Positions 49,856 to 60,656 of a DNA stretch of 64,000 bases are shown piece after piece. This DNA is from Treponema sp. (lineage in GTDB: Bacteria > Spirochaetota > Spirochaetia > Treponematales > Treponemataceae). The translations under genes and the position numbers were made by a program. Each line of letters begins with the position of its first letter. Positions within the stretch are counted from its first letter, which is position 1. The stretch lies in assembly GCF_018384055.1 (NCBI RefSeq), contig NZ_JAHAZL010000056.1; one strand, written 5' to 3'. Under the pieces are notes generated by a model that did not search any database, was not told the DNA's origin, and saw only the letters and a program-made list of their open reading frames with translations.

Positions 49856-51496
49856 TTAAAAGAAAAAGCGTGACAGGAAAGTTACACTTCCAGCCCTTAC
49901 AAGATAGCCTGATTCAACATATTCCCTATCCTTTCTTGAAAAAAGTTTGATGGCATCTTCCATTTCAAGAGAAAGCCTCATTGACTTCTTGATGTTCAGG
50001 TAAATATTCCCGCGAAGATTTGGACACTTGTCGCTCTTTGTATCAATGGATTCAACTACACCTGCAGAAAATCCCCATCTTTCGAATTCATCATCATAGG
50101 CAATGGAACCTTCAACGGAATGCCTGTATTCATTTGAAGGAACGTGTTTCCAGTGAGCCCTCCATCCTCCACGCAAAGTAAAGATGCCGTATTTTACAGT
50201 AAGGCCATTGTCTGTAGTAAAGAGAATTCTGTCATAGGGCTTAAATCCAAACACGCCACAAGGTTTCCTTGTTGAATAGTCACCTTCCCAGGCATAGTTG
50301 TCAAAGGCTGTTTTTTTGAATTCTATACCGCTGTTAAGAGTAATGGAATCAAAAAGAGGAATTACAATCTTTGAATTTGCAAACCAGTCTGAAGATTCCT
50401 TTGTAAGGCTTGTCATCTGAGCAAACTTGTATTTTCTTTCAAGAACAGAAAACTGCTCGTGATTTGTTTCAAGACCACCGTTTAAACCGATGACAAGTTT
50501 GCGTCCGTTGCTAAGTGGAGTCCTGACTTCTGCACCAGTACTGAATGAAGGAACGACATTTCTTTCATATCCGATTTCTGTTCCTCCTGCAATGCCACCG
50601 CGAAGAAAAGCCGTAACCAAGTCGCTTTCATAACCTGTAAAAAGGGTTGCATCACCACGGAAAATTTCGTCCGTTATGACTTCATCGTGTTTGCCGATGA
50701 AAGTTTCAAGCTGAAAATTGCACTCAAGGCCTGCAGAAAATCCCTTGTTGTACCATGAGAAAACAAATCCAGGATCCGTATAGAAAACATTTACGTTTTT
50801 TTCCTGCTTAAGAAAATTTCCGTCATTGATGATTCCAGAATAACGGTTGTACCAGTAGGCTTCGGATTCTGAATAAAATTCAAAACCAGAATCGCCAAAG
50901 TAATGGTCAAAAAGAAAAACTCCGGAAACTTTCTGCGAGTTCATGTCATAGAAGTAAGCATTCAAGCCCTGAAGACCAGTACAACACCTGTCGTACCTTC
51001 CGCCAATGGTCAAATCAGATTCAATGGCATGAAAGGATTTTTCCGCATAGAGTTTTGTACCGTTGTCAAAGTAACCGTCACCTGCAGTATGCTTTCCATA
51101 ACCGTTTCTGCTGAAATGAGAAAATTCAATTCTGAAAGGATCAGTATTTGAATCCTTGAATACGGAAAAGTCCCCTATAAAGTCTCCAGGGAAACCTCCG
51201 CCAACCAACCCTTGAGCATACACGTTTTTGTTTTCACCAGTAAAGAAATTTGCTTCAGGTTCTGCACCGTCATCATAGACAATGTGTTCTCCAGGAAGTT
51301 TTGGCATGATGTTCTTTTCTTCACCTGCAGAAGGAACAACCTTTGAAAAGTCAGGAACAGCATCACGACCGGCAACAATTGTATCTCCAGACACAGTTGT
51401 TGTCATTTCCGGAAGCTGAATTTTTTCATCCTCATTATTCTGTGCAAAACAAAGGGCTGCACAGAAGGCAAACATTACAACAAATAATTTTTTCAT
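49856..51496 (-). CDS. Putative outer-membrane beta-barrel / TonB-dependent-receptor-like protein
   Basis: Signal peptide, G/F/Y/N-rich alternating strands, terminal Phe, TonB-box-like EMTTTVSG. Confidence 0.55.
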   Translation of the reverse strand: MKKLFVVMFAFCAALCFAQNNEDEKIQLPEMTTTVSGDTIVAGRDAVPDFSKVVPSAGEEKNIMPKLPGEHIVYDDGAEPEANFFTGENKNVYAQGLVGGGFPGDFIGDFSVFKDSNTDPFRIEFSHFSRNGYGKHTAGDGYFDNGTKLYAEKSFHAIESDLTIGGRYDRCCTGLQGLNAYFYDMNSQKVSGVFLFDHYFGDSGFEFYSESEAYWYNRYSGIINDGNFLKQEKNVNVFYTDPGFVFSWYNKGFSAGLECNFQLETFIGKHDEVITDEIFRGDATLFTGYESDLVTAFLRGGIAGGTEIGYERNVVPSFSTGAEVRTPLSNGRKLVIGLNGGLETNHEQFSVLERKYKFAQMTSLTKESSDWFANSKIVIPLFDSITLNSGIEFKKTAFDNYAWEGDYSTRKPCGVFGFKPYDRILFTTDNGLTVKYGIFTLRGGWRAHWKHVPSNEYRHSVEGSIAYDDEFERWGFSAGVVESIDTKSDKCPNLRGNIYLNIKKSMRLSLEMEDAIKLFSRKDREYVESGYLVRAGSVTFLSRFFF

Positions 51497-51499
51497 ACA

Positions 51500-54409
51500 C
51501 TACCTTTTCAAGAATTCTCGGACACTTTTTGCATGGACAGTATCCGGATACAGTTCAATTAAGTTTTCCGCAACGTTCTTTGCATCACCTTTCTTTCCTG
51601 CAGCATCAAAAGTTTCTGCCGCACCGTAAAGTGCTCTGGATGCAAGTTCATTGCTTCCACCCATGCGGGAATACTTTGCAGCAGCAAGAAAATACCCGGC
51701 AGATGAAAGGCAATCATTATCGTGCCTTTTCCCTTCTGCAAGAATAACGGCGTTTTTAGCAGCATAAAGGCACTCTGCATCTATGTTGCCACTTTTTGTC
51801 TGTTCTGCATAAATTCTTTCGGAAATCGAAAGGGCTGCATCAGAATATTTTTCTGCATTCCAGATGAATTCTGCAAGTTCAGTACCGGCAATGCGACCTT
51901 CCCTTGTCTTATGTTTCCCGAGGGACTCATACTTTTTTGAAAGTATAATCTTCTTAGGATCATTTCCCGATTCAGCAAGAACCTTAAGAGATTCCATTTC
52001 TTTTCTTGCATGACTCTTCTGCTCTTCGTTTAAAGCAGAATCCAGCATCTTTTTGCAGATTTCCAAAGCCTTAGGATAATTTCCGTCTTCCCTGTACAGT
52101 CCAACAAGATTTTTTGAAGCAGCATAGGCAAAAGAAGATTTCGGATATTCCAAAAGAAGAAGTTCATAGGAAAGCATAGCCATCCTTGAATCTCCTATTT
52201 TCCTCTGACTGTCTCCACAATAAAAAAGCGCTCCTTCATAATAATTTCCCTTTGGATAATTTTTTTTATAGTCTTCAAAACGAAGGATCGCTTCCCTGAA
52301 TTTTTCATTTGAATAAAACAACTCTGCCCTTCGATAGTAACTTTCCTCTGCATATTTAGAAGAAGAAAATCTAGTTCCTATCTCCTTGAAAAGCCTGTCA
52401 CTTTCATTAATTTTTCCGGCGCGGGAATAAAGCAAAGCAGTTTCATACCTGCAGTAAATTCCAAAATCACTAGAAGCTTTTACATAAGGAGAAAGGACTG
52501 AGATGGCTTTATCCAAATTGCCAGAGTCAGCATAGACAGATGAGGCAAGCAATGTTGCACTTTCTTTTTCCCCGTCGGATCTTGCCAGGTTGACTGCAAG
52601 GGAAGATTGTTCAAGAGCTTTCTTAAAGTCACCTGCAGAAATGAAAGAATTTGCACAAACAATTGCTGCACTATAGCAAAGGGAATGGCCTGGAAAAAGG
52701 CTGCTGAAATTTTCAAGAGTATCGAATGCCGAAGTTTTTCCAAGTTTATACTGGCAGTATCCTAGATAAAAAACAGCATATCCTCTGTTGGTCTTTGCAT
52801 TTGTCATAAGGTATTCAGAAAACAGATTTTCTGCATTTTTCCATTCCTTCAAATTGAAACAGGAAAGGGCCGCAATGTATTTTCCTTCAACTGAATTTGA
52901 CCTGAGGCCTTCCTTCTTACTTAAAGCAAGATAACCGCAGGAAAAAAGAACTTTTGCATAGTCAGTAATTTCATCACCGGCAAGATTGAGGCTTCCGTAA
53001 ATTTCCATAGCCTTCTTTTCTCTTCCGGACATGGCATAGCAACGGGCAAGAAGTTTTTGTTTTCCATCATAGAAAGATTCTCCTTTTTTAAAGATAACTT
53101 TCCCTGATTCAAGGATATTTTCCGCCTCATTTATTTTCCCGCAGTTTAGAAGTCCCATGGCATAGTAATAGGCAGACTTTCGGCAAAGGTTTACATCATC
53201 GGATACTTTTGTTTTTTCGTAGGCATTCTTTCCATGGTTACAACAGTTTGACCAGTCTCCTATAAAGGCATACTGTTCTGCAAAAGCCGCTTCGTAATCT
53301 GCATAGAGTTCATTGCTTTCCTCAAGTTTCCCCACCAATTCAAGGGGATTGCCACTAACCCTTGCACGGTAAAGGGAAATCAAGGACGCATACCGTTTTT
53401 CCCCATCGTACTTTTCCGCTCTATTGAAATAAGAAAGGGCATTTTCATAATCCCCGTTTTCAAAACAATCAGTGGCAACTCGAGTCCAGAATTCTGCCAG
53501 AAGTTCAGGATTTGAAGAAAATTTTTCTGAAAGTCTTTCAAAAACCTGAGCAGAATTTTTACCCGTCTGCTTTTCGTAGGATGAAGAAATTCTATAGGCA
53601 GTTCTGAAGCCTTCTGTTGAAACACTTACATCAGTACTGTCGAAGGCTTTGGTACAGCAAGTCCATGCATTTCTATAATCATTCTTGCCTTCATAGGCTT
53701 TCGATGCCAGCAAGGAAAGTTCAGCATATAGATTAGAAAGAGGCTGCCCCTTCATCTCAGGCGTTTTTTTATACAGAGAAATGAGTGCGTCATATTTCTT
53801 TTCATAAAGGTAGCTTTCAAAAAGCATGACAAAGGAATCCGAATAGGAATCCACTGGATAACTGCCACCTCTGGAAACTACGGATTCAAAAACAGGAATG
53901 CATTTTCCGTATTCTTCAGAAATGAAATAGATTTCTCCAGCATAATAAACCGCCATATTGTAATAATGCTCGGACTTCTTTGAGATTTTTTTTGATCTGG
54001 ATATTTTGCAGCATTTATAAAATGCAGCCAAAGCATCCGAATTTTTCTTTAGGGCTAGCTTTGACCTTCCAAGCCAATAGAAGGACATGACCTGAACATC
54101 CACATCATCACTACCAGATGCTCTTGATAACACAGGTTCCGCTTCAGAATTTCTTCCGAGAAAACAAAGGCTTTCACCTTTATATAAAAGTGCCTTGTAG
54201 TAGTAGATTGAATCTGGATGATTTTGAACAAGAGTGTCTGCGTGTTCAATTACGGAAGGATAAGCGGCTCCTGAATATGCAGTAACGATTTCTGAAAAAA
54301 TCCAGGAGTCACCGGACGCTGAATCTGCAGGCCCTGCAAAACCAAGAGAGGCTGCAAGAAACACAGCAGACACAGCAACGGTAATTTTTTTTGCTTTATT
54401 TTTTTTCAT
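51500..54409 (-). CDS. Large exported tetratricopeptide-repeat protein
   Basis: Signal peptide; many TPRs (ALLYKGESL, FYWLGRS, FYLGYCQY, YYRRAELFY, ALFYCGDS). Confidence 0.85.
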   Translation of the reverse strand: MKKNKAKKITVAVSAVFLAASLGFAGPADSASGDSWIFSEIVTAYSGAAYPSVIEHADTLVQNHPDSIYYYKALLYKGESLCFLGRNSEAEPVLSRASGSDDVDVQVMSFYWLGRSKLALKKNSDALAAFYKCCKISRSKKISKKSEHYYNMAVYYAGEIYFISEEYGKCIPVFESVVSRGGSYPVDSYSDSFVMLFESYLYEKKYDALISLYKKTPEMKGQPLSNLYAELSLLASKAYEGKNDYRNAWTCCTKAFDSTDVSVSTEGFRTAYRISSSYEKQTGKNSAQVFERLSEKFSSNPELLAEFWTRVATDCFENGDYENALSYFNRAEKYDGEKRYASLISLYRARVSGNPLELVGKLEESNELYADYEAAFAEQYAFIGDWSNCCNHGKNAYEKTKVSDDVNLCRKSAYYYAMGLLNCGKINEAENILESGKVIFKKGESFYDGKQKLLARCYAMSGREKKAMEIYGSLNLAGDEITDYAKVLFSCGYLALSKKEGLRSNSVEGKYIAALSCFNLKEWKNAENLFSEYLMTNAKTNRGYAVFYLGYCQYKLGKTSAFDTLENFSSLFPGHSLCYSAAIVCANSFISAGDFKKALEQSSLAVNLARSDGEKESATLLASSVYADSGNLDKAISVLSPYVKASSDFGIYCRYETALLYSRAGKINESDRLFKEIGTRFSSSKYAEESYYRRAELFYSNEKFREAILRFEDYKKNYPKGNYYEGALFYCGDSQRKIGDSRMAMLSYELLLLEYPKSSFAYAASKNLVGLYREDGNYPKALEICKKMLDSALNEEQKSHARKEMESLKVLAESGNDPKKIILSKKYESLGKHKTREGRIAGTELAEFIWNAEKYSDAALSISERIYAEQTKSGNIDAECLYAAKNAVILAEGKRHDNDCLSSAGYFLAAAKYSRMGGSNELASRALYGAAETFDAAGKKGDAKNVAENLIELYPDTVHAKSVREFLKR

Positions 54410-55793
54410 AAGGGAAAAATGCCTCAGTTGCTTTTACTCTTTCGAGATGTACATAAGCTCCGCTGTATTTTTCAAGGAATTTGTCCATGGAGATTTCTTC
54501 ACCCTGTTCAAAAATGAAACATCCGAATTTTCCGTTTCTGTCAAAATAAGGGAAGAATACTATACAGTTATTGAAAACAAGGTCGTCTGCCTTGATGGCA
54601 GATCCCTGCCTAATTGCACCAAGATAGAACCATTCAGGTTCGGTAACGGCAAGGACATAAAGCATTGACTTCAAGTGGTCTGCCGAATATCCAGTGTTTT
54701 TAAGATACCCAGTAGAATTGAGGATTTTACCGTCAACGATTTCTGATGAAAAATAATTGTAGTTTACATCAAGGCCAGCAGACTTGTAGTCTCCATGCCT
54801 GCTTGACCGGATTGAATATGCTTCCGAGGCAAGGTTTCTGCACCAGTCCAAAGTAAATGTAAGGTTCCAGTCCTGAGACATTACGCCGTTCTTTCCCACA
54901 GAATTAAATTCCATTGTAGGAACTGTAAGTTGCTGGATTGCTGTTCCATAGCCGCGGTAAGGCTCAACGATACCGTCAACGATCCACTTGAGGAATCCGG
55001 CTCCAGAAAGGAAATGCTTTTTCTTGAGTTCTTCTGCAGAAACAGGATTACCGTATTCATCCATTACAAGAATGTCTTTTCCTGTAAAGATGGACTTGAG
55101 TTTTCCATGTTCGTCATAGCTTGCATCATCCATAAACGTGAAAGAATCAAGATTATTGCGGATAGTGCCTGCCATTATGAGTGTATTTGTATACTGATTT
55201 TTAAGGACTGTTACCTTGTCCCATGGAAGGGATTTCTTTGTCCAGTTCCTCACTTCATGGAAAGAAGCCGTATAAAGCCTGTTGAAAGGAACTCCAACAA
55301 GGACGGAACGGGCAGCATAGGATCCGCAGATTATAAGGTCTGCATAAGTCTTGGTTCCTTCCGGTCTGAACTGAAGGTAAACATCAGAATCCTGATTGAA
55401 ATAATATTCTACACGAAGTGGCTTTTCACCCTTGTTCTTGCTGCGATATAAAATCCAGCTGCCTGCAGCTCCTTTGGGATAAACGGCAGCCCGTACGGTT
55501 TTTACAGTATCGCCGTTTATCATGTTGATGTCGATTTCCGAACGGGGAGCAACAACAACGCTAAACTCATCGTCACTTTCTTCAAGACGTATCTGATAGG
55601 TAACGCCAACCCTGTTGTCCTTGAACTGTTCCTTGTAGTTCCTTAATGTATTAAGATCAGGAGTAAGCCAGGAATTGACTATAGTCCGTCTGATTTCTGC
55701 AGAGTCTGGAATATCATAGCTGTTGTAGTCTGCAAAGGCAGAAAATCCAAGGACTATAAAAATAAAATTCAACAATAATTTTTTCATAAGCAT
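54396..55793 (-). CDS. Exported hypothetical protein
   Basis: 465-aa ORF with signal peptide, overlapping the TPR gene start. Confidence 0.7.
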   Translation of the reverse strand: MLMKKLLLNFIFIVLGFSAFADYNSYDIPDSAEIRRTIVNSWLTPDLNTLRNYKEQFKDNRVGVTYQIRLEESDDEFSVVVAPRSEIDINMINGDTVKTVRAAVYPKGAAGSWILYRSKNKGEKPLRVEYYFNQDSDVYLQFRPEGTKTYADLIICGSYAARSVLVGVPFNRLYTASFHEVRNWTKKSLPWDKVTVLKNQYTNTLIMAGTIRNNLDSFTFMDDASYDEHGKLKSIFTGKDILVMDEYGNPVSAEELKKKHFLSGAGFLKWIVDGIVEPYRGYGTAIQQLTVPTMEFNSVGKNGVMSQDWNLTFTLDWCRNLASEAYSIRSSRHGDYKSAGLDVNYNYFSSEIVDGKILNSTGYLKNTGYSADHLKSMLYVLAVTEPEWFYLGAIRQGSAIKADDLVFNNCIVFFPYFDRNGKFGCFIFEQGEEISMDKFLEKYSGAYVHLERVKATEAFFPYEKK

Positions 55794-55876
55794 TCACTTG
55801 ATGGAGGCACTGGAAACTCAAGATTACCAGAGCCAGCTTTATTATAATAACAACAGACCAGACAGAAAGTTTCAGT

Positions 55877-58800
55877 TTAATTGCTTACCGGAGCATCCTT
55901 CATGGCAACAGGTTCTGGATCAACAAACTGGGCAGCACCTTCTGCAAGCTGAACTTCAGGTTTTACAACCGACTTGTCAGGTCCATGAACCATTCCGTCA
56001 GCTTCCTCATCCGGATGCTTTCCAACTGGAGCATTTGAAAGCAAAAGCTTAAGGCGGTTAAGCTGGTTAACTTCACTTGAACCTGGGTCATAGTCAACGG
56101 CTGAAATATTTGCCTCAGGATATCTGCGGCGAAGTTCCTTGATCATACCCTTTCCCGTAACATGGTTAGGAAGACAGGCAAATGGCTGAACGCAGGCAAT
56201 TGAAGGACAACCGCTGTGAATGAGTTCTACCATTTCTGCAGTGAGGAACCAGCCTTCACCCGTAATGTTTCCAAGCTGAACTATATCATCAACTCCCTTC
56301 ATCATGTCATAGATCAAGTGTGGAGGTTCAAAACGGTGGCTCTTTCTAAGCTGCTTCTTCATATAACCGCGGAAAAGTTCAAGCATAGAAACAAGGCGAC
56401 GTGCATTCTTCTCCGTTTTCTTAGGGAAAGCAAGTTCCTGATGGCGGAAAATACCGGTAGAGAATGTATAGAAGAAGAAGTCCATAAGGTCAGGCATTAC
56501 GCATTCTGCACCTTCGCGTTCAATAACATTTACGATGTCGTTGTTTGCAGTAGGATGGAATTTAACGAGAATCTCACCTACAACACCAACCCTAGGCTTC
56601 TTTACAGGAACAAGAGGGAGCCTGTCAAAGTCACGGACAATTCCTTTGATGAGTTTTCTGAACTTCAAGTGAGAAAGTGACTTCAATGAAAGTTCACATT
56701 TTCCGTTCCATTTTTCATAGAGGGCATTGGCACTGCCTGGAACCTTTTCATAAGGACGGGTTCTGTAGAGAACGCGCATCAAAAGGTCTCCAAGGACCAG
56801 GGCTCTCATGGCACGGATCAAAAGGCTTGGAGTAATCTTGAAGCCAGGATTGCTTTCAAAGCCCTGGGCACTCAATGAAATTACAGGAACCTGAGAAAGG
56901 CCAGCATCAGCAAGAGCACGGCGAATGAATCCGATGTAGTTTGTAGCACGGCATCCACCGCCGGTCTGAGTAACCATAAGGCTTGTCTTGTTTACATCAT
57001 ACTTGCCGCTCTGAAGGGCTGCAATCATCTGCCCCGCAACAAGAATTGATGGATAGCAGGCATCGTTGTTTACATATTTGAGACCTGTTTCAATGGCCAT
57101 TGGGTCAACTGCATCGAGAACAACGAAGTCATATCCTGAATACCTGAAGGCCTGCTGAACAAGCCTGAAGTGGATAGGACTCATCTGAGGAGCAAGAATT
57201 GTATGCTTGTACTTCATTTCCTTTGTGAATACCTGGCGCTTGAAGGCGGCAGATTTCACGGTAAGTTTTGTCCTGTTTCTTTCACGGGCACGAACAGCTG
57301 CAATGAGGGAGCGGATGCGAATACGAACTGCACCAAGATTTGAACCTTCGTCAATCTTGATGAGGGTATACATGCGGCTCTTTGACTTCATAATTTCATC
57401 AACCTGATCTGCAGTAACGGCATCAAGGCCGCAGCCGAAAGAGGTAAGCTGAACGAGTTCCATGTTTGCCATGCCGCTTACGAATACACCGGCACGGTAA
57501 AGTCTGTTGTGGTATGACCACTGGTCAATGATGCGCAAAGGCCTTTCAATGGAACCAAGGTGAGCAACAGAATCTTCCGTAAATACAGCCATTCCAAGAC
57601 CATTGATCATTTCCGGAATACCGTGGTTGATTTCCGGATCAAGGTGATAAGGACGGCCTGCAAGAACGATACCGTTACCGCCGCGAGTGATTGTCTCTTC
57701 AAGAGCTTCTTCACCCTTTTCCTGAACTTCCTTCTTGAACTTTTCCTGTTCTGCCCAGGCAGCTTCAACAGCATCTGAAATCTGTTTCTTTGTAAGCTTA
57801 GGGAATTTCTTTGTCATCTCTTCAAAGAGACGAACTGCAAGACGGTCCTTGTCATAGATAGGAAGGAACGGATTCATGAAGAAAATTGTATCATCCTGTC
57901 TCAGGCGATCAACATTGTTTCGGAGAACTTCAGGATAGCTTGTGACGATAGGACAGTTGTAGTGGTTTCCAGCTCCAGGATCTTCCTGCTTTTCATAAGG
58001 AACACAAGGATAGAAAATAAACTTTACACCCTGCTGAAGAAGGCTTTCCACATGACCGTGGGAAATTTTTCCTGGGTAACAAACTGATTCTGAAGGAATT
58101 GTTTCAAGTCCCTTTTCGTAGATTGCACGGCTTGATCTAGGAGAAAGCTTTACGCGGAATCCAAGCTTTGTAAAGAATGTAAACCACAAAGGATAGTTTT
58201 CATACATGTTGAGGACACGAGGAATACCGACATCTCCCATTGGTGCATCCTCTGCCTTGAGAGGTACATAGCTGAAGAGCCTCTTGTACTTCCATTCAAA
58301 AAGGTTAGGAAGCTTTTCGTTGTCATCGTCCGCCCCCTTTGTATTTGCTTTGTTGCTTGCATCAACCAGCTTTGACTTATCTGCAGAAGATTCTTCAATG
58401 TCTGCACCGCGTTCACAGCGGTTTCCAGTAATGAACTTGCGGCGTTCGTCACCGGCAATGAAAGTATTGATTGTAAGGAGACAGTTGTTTGAACATTTTC
58501 CGCAGCGCTTAAGTTCAAGCTCAACCTTGAAGTTTTCAAGCTGATCTACTGTAGCAATGTTTGACTTAACGAACTTTGGAGTCTGGTCAGGATCATCCGG
58601 CTTTGGACGGCGAAGGTCTTCCCACTGGTCCTGGGCAATGAGGGCACTACCATAGGCACCCATGAGGCCTGCAACATCAGGTCTGTATACATTTACACCT
58701 GCAATTTTTTCAAAGGCACGGAGAACTGCATCGTTAAAGAAAGTTCCACCCTGAACTACAACCTTTGTACCGATTTCACTTGCACGGCGAAGCTTGATTA

Positions 58801-60463
58801 CCTTGAAAAGAGCATTTTTGATTACGGAATAAGAAAGACCCGCAGAAATGTCTGCAACTTCAGCACCTTCCTTCTGTGCCTGCTTAACGCGGCTGTTCAT
58901 GAATACTGTACAGCGGGTACCAAGGTCTACAGGCTTCTTTGCCATAAGGGCAATCTTAGAGAATTTCTGGACGCTCATACCCATTGTGCGTGCAAAGTTA
59001 TCAAGGAAGGAACCGCATCCTGCAGAACAGGCTTCGTTAAGCTGGATGCTTACGATGGCACCGTCCTTCATGCGGAGACACTTCATGTCCTGACCACCGA
59101 TATCCAGAAGGAACTCTACGCCAGGAACAAAGAAATCTGCGGCGCGATAGTGGGTGATTGTTTCAACTTCACCGGCATCAACGCCAAGGGCTGCCTGGAA
59201 CAATGCTTCACCGTAACCTGTAGAAACGGCACGGGCAATATAGCATTTTTCAGGAAGAATTGAATATAGTTTTTTAAGAACCTTTACTGCAAGGTCAACA
59301 GGATTTCCTGCATTTACATCGTAGAAACGCCAGAGGATCCTTCCCTTTGTATCAGTAAGGACTGCCTTTGTAGTTGTAGAACCTGCATCAAGGCCAAGGA
59401 AAACAGGACCTTCAGTCTTATCAAGTTCACCTACAAGAGCCTTTTCAGTTGAATGCCTCTGGTTGAATTCATCAAGTTCAGCCTGAGAAGTAAATAGAGG
59501 CTCAAGACGCTGAACTTCCTGCATTTCAGCCCCTACAAGATTTGTAAGGCTTGCGCGGAATTCCTTTATTGTCGGAAATACGGCAGGTGTATCTTCACCC
59601 TTAGCATTTACCCATTTGATTTCTCTTTCTGCAGAATAGGCGGCACCAGAAGCCACAAAGAGCTGGCTGTTTTCAGGAACAATCTGTTCGTCTTCCTTAA
59701 GTTTGAGGGTAACTACAAAGCGTTCGCGAAGCTGGTCCAAAAAGTGCAATGGTCCACCAAGGAATGCAACATGACCCCTGATTGGTTTACCGCAGGCAAG
59801 TCCCGAAATTGTCTGGGAAACAACAGCCTGGAAAATAGATGCGGCAATGTCTTCCCTTCTTGCACCTTCGTTGATGAGCGGCTGAACGTCTGTCTTTGCA
59901 AAAACACCGCAGCGGGCAGCAATCGGATAGATTGTTGTTGCACCGCGGGCAAGTTCGTTAAGGCCAGAAGCATCTGTTTCAAGCAAAGCTGCCATCTGGT
60001 CAATGAAGGCACCTGTACCGCCGGCACAAGTTCCGTTCATGCGCTGTTCTACGCCGCCTTTAAAATATGTAATCTTGGCATCTTCACCACCAAGTTCGAT
60101 GACAACATCAGTCTGCGGAATGATTTTGCGTACAGCTGTAGTTGCCGCAACAACTTCCTGGATGAAAGGAATGTTGAGCCACTGGGAAACGGAAAGACCT
60201 CCCGATCCAGTAACCTTTACACTTACAGTCTGATTTTCCTTCTGAGGGAAAAGACCTTCCAATGTATCAAAAGCTTTATTTACAACTGCAATGATTGTAT
60301 TGCGGATGTCTGCGCGATGGCGTTCATATGCTCCGTAAAGGAGTTCATCATTGTCACCTAAAGCAACAACCTTAACGGTTGTGGATCCGACATCAATACC
60401 CATGCGGATAGGTTTTACAACAGGTTTAAGCGATGTGATGTTTCCAAGCGAATTATTTTCCAT
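55877..60463 (-). CDS. Multidomain 2-hydroxyacyl-CoA dehydratase activase (two BadF/BcrAD ATPase domains plus dehydratase-like region)
   Basis: GIDVGSTTVK, MNGTCAGGTG, GLDAGSTTTK, LNEACSAGCG, CYPGK, SFGCG, QPFACLPNH. Confidence 0.88.
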   Translation of the reverse strand: MENNSLGNITSLKPVVKPIRMGIDVGSTTVKVVALGDNDELLYGAYERHRADIRNTIIAVVNKAFDTLEGLFPQKENQTVSVKVTGSGGLSVSQWLNIPFIQEVVAATTAVRKIIPQTDVVIELGGEDAKITYFKGGVEQRMNGTCAGGTGAFIDQMAALLETDASGLNELARGATTIYPIAARCGVFAKTDVQPLINEGARREDIAASIFQAVVSQTISGLACGKPIRGHVAFLGGPLHFLDQLRERFVVTLKLKEDEQIVPENSQLFVASGAAYSAEREIKWVNAKGEDTPAVFPTIKEFRASLTNLVGAEMQEVQRLEPLFTSQAELDEFNQRHSTEKALVGELDKTEGPVFLGLDAGSTTTKAVLTDTKGRILWRFYDVNAGNPVDLAVKVLKKLYSILPEKCYIARAVSTGYGEALFQAALGVDAGEVETITHYRAADFFVPGVEFLLDIGGQDMKCLRMKDGAIVSIQLNEACSAGCGSFLDNFARTMGMSVQKFSKIALMAKKPVDLGTRCTVFMNSRVKQAQKEGAEVADISAGLSYSVIKNALFKVIKLRRASEIGTKVVVQGGTFFNDAVLRAFEKIAGVNVYRPDVAGLMGAYGSALIAQDQWEDLRRPKPDDPDQTPKFVKSNIATVDQLENFKVELELKRCGKCSNNCLLTINTFIAGDERRKFITGNRCERGADIEESSADKSKLVDASNKANTKGADDDNEKLPNLFEWKYKRLFSYVPLKAEDAPMGDVGIPRVLNMYENYPLWFTFFTKLGFRVKLSPRSSRAIYEKGLETIPSESVCYPGKISHGHVESLLQQGVKFIFYPCVPYEKQEDPGAGNHYNCPIVTSYPEVLRNNVDRLRQDDTIFFMNPFLPIYDKDRLAVRLFEEMTKKFPKLTKKQISDAVEAAWAEQEKFKKEVQEKGEEALEETITRGGNGIVLAGRPYHLDPEINHGIPEMINGLGMAVFTEDSVAHLGSIERPLRIIDQWSYHNRLYRAGVFVSGMANMELVQLTSFGCGLDAVTADQVDEIMKSKSRMYTLIKIDEGSNLGAVRIRIRSLIAAVRARERNRTKLTVKSAAFKRQVFTKEMKYKHTILAPQMSPIHFRLVQQAFRYSGYDFVVLDAVDPMAIETGLKYVNNDACYPSILVAGQMIAALQSGKYDVNKTSLMVTQTGGGCRATNYIGFIRRALADAGLSQVPVISLSAQGFESNPGFKITPSLLIRAMRALVLGDLLMRVLYRTRPYEKVPGSANALYEKWNGKCELSLKSLSHLKFRKLIKGIVRDFDRLPLVPVKKPRVGVVGEILVKFHPTANNDIVNVIEREGAECVMPDLMDFFFYTFSTGIFRHQELAFPKKTEKNARRLVSMLELFRGYMKKQLRKSHRFEPPHLIYDMMKGVDDIVQLGNITGEGWFLTAEMVELIHSGCPSIACVQPFACLPNHVTGKGMIKELRRRYPEANISAVDYDPGSSEVNQLNRLKLLLSNAPVGKHPDEEADGMVHGPDKSVVKPEVQLAEGAAQFVDPEPVAMKDAPVSN

Positions 60464-60529
60464 ACAATATTCCTATTTTTACAATTATATAGGTAAAAAT
60501 ATCTATTTTCAATGGTGACTGGTGATATG

Positions 60530-60616
60530 AGGGGTGTGTCCCTGACGAAAGTTAGGGGTCTGTCCCCTCTGACATATTTTCATTGGGTTCTGAGGGGTCT
60601 GTCCCCTCTGACATAT
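60530..60616. repeat. GGGGTCTGTCCCC palindromic repeats (two exact 24-bp copies plus one degenerate)
   Basis: aggggtctgtcccctctgacatat at 60554-60577 and 60593-60616; aggggtgtgtccctgac at 60530-60546. Confidence 0.85.
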
Positions 60617-60656
60617 AAAATTGCTTTTTTTCCGTTTTATCTCTATACTGAACGGC

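Noticed and set aside
60530..60616. Mini CRISPR array
   Set aside because: Only two exact 24-bp copies with a 15-bp gap, too short for a spacer; the motif recurs as a dispersed palindrome
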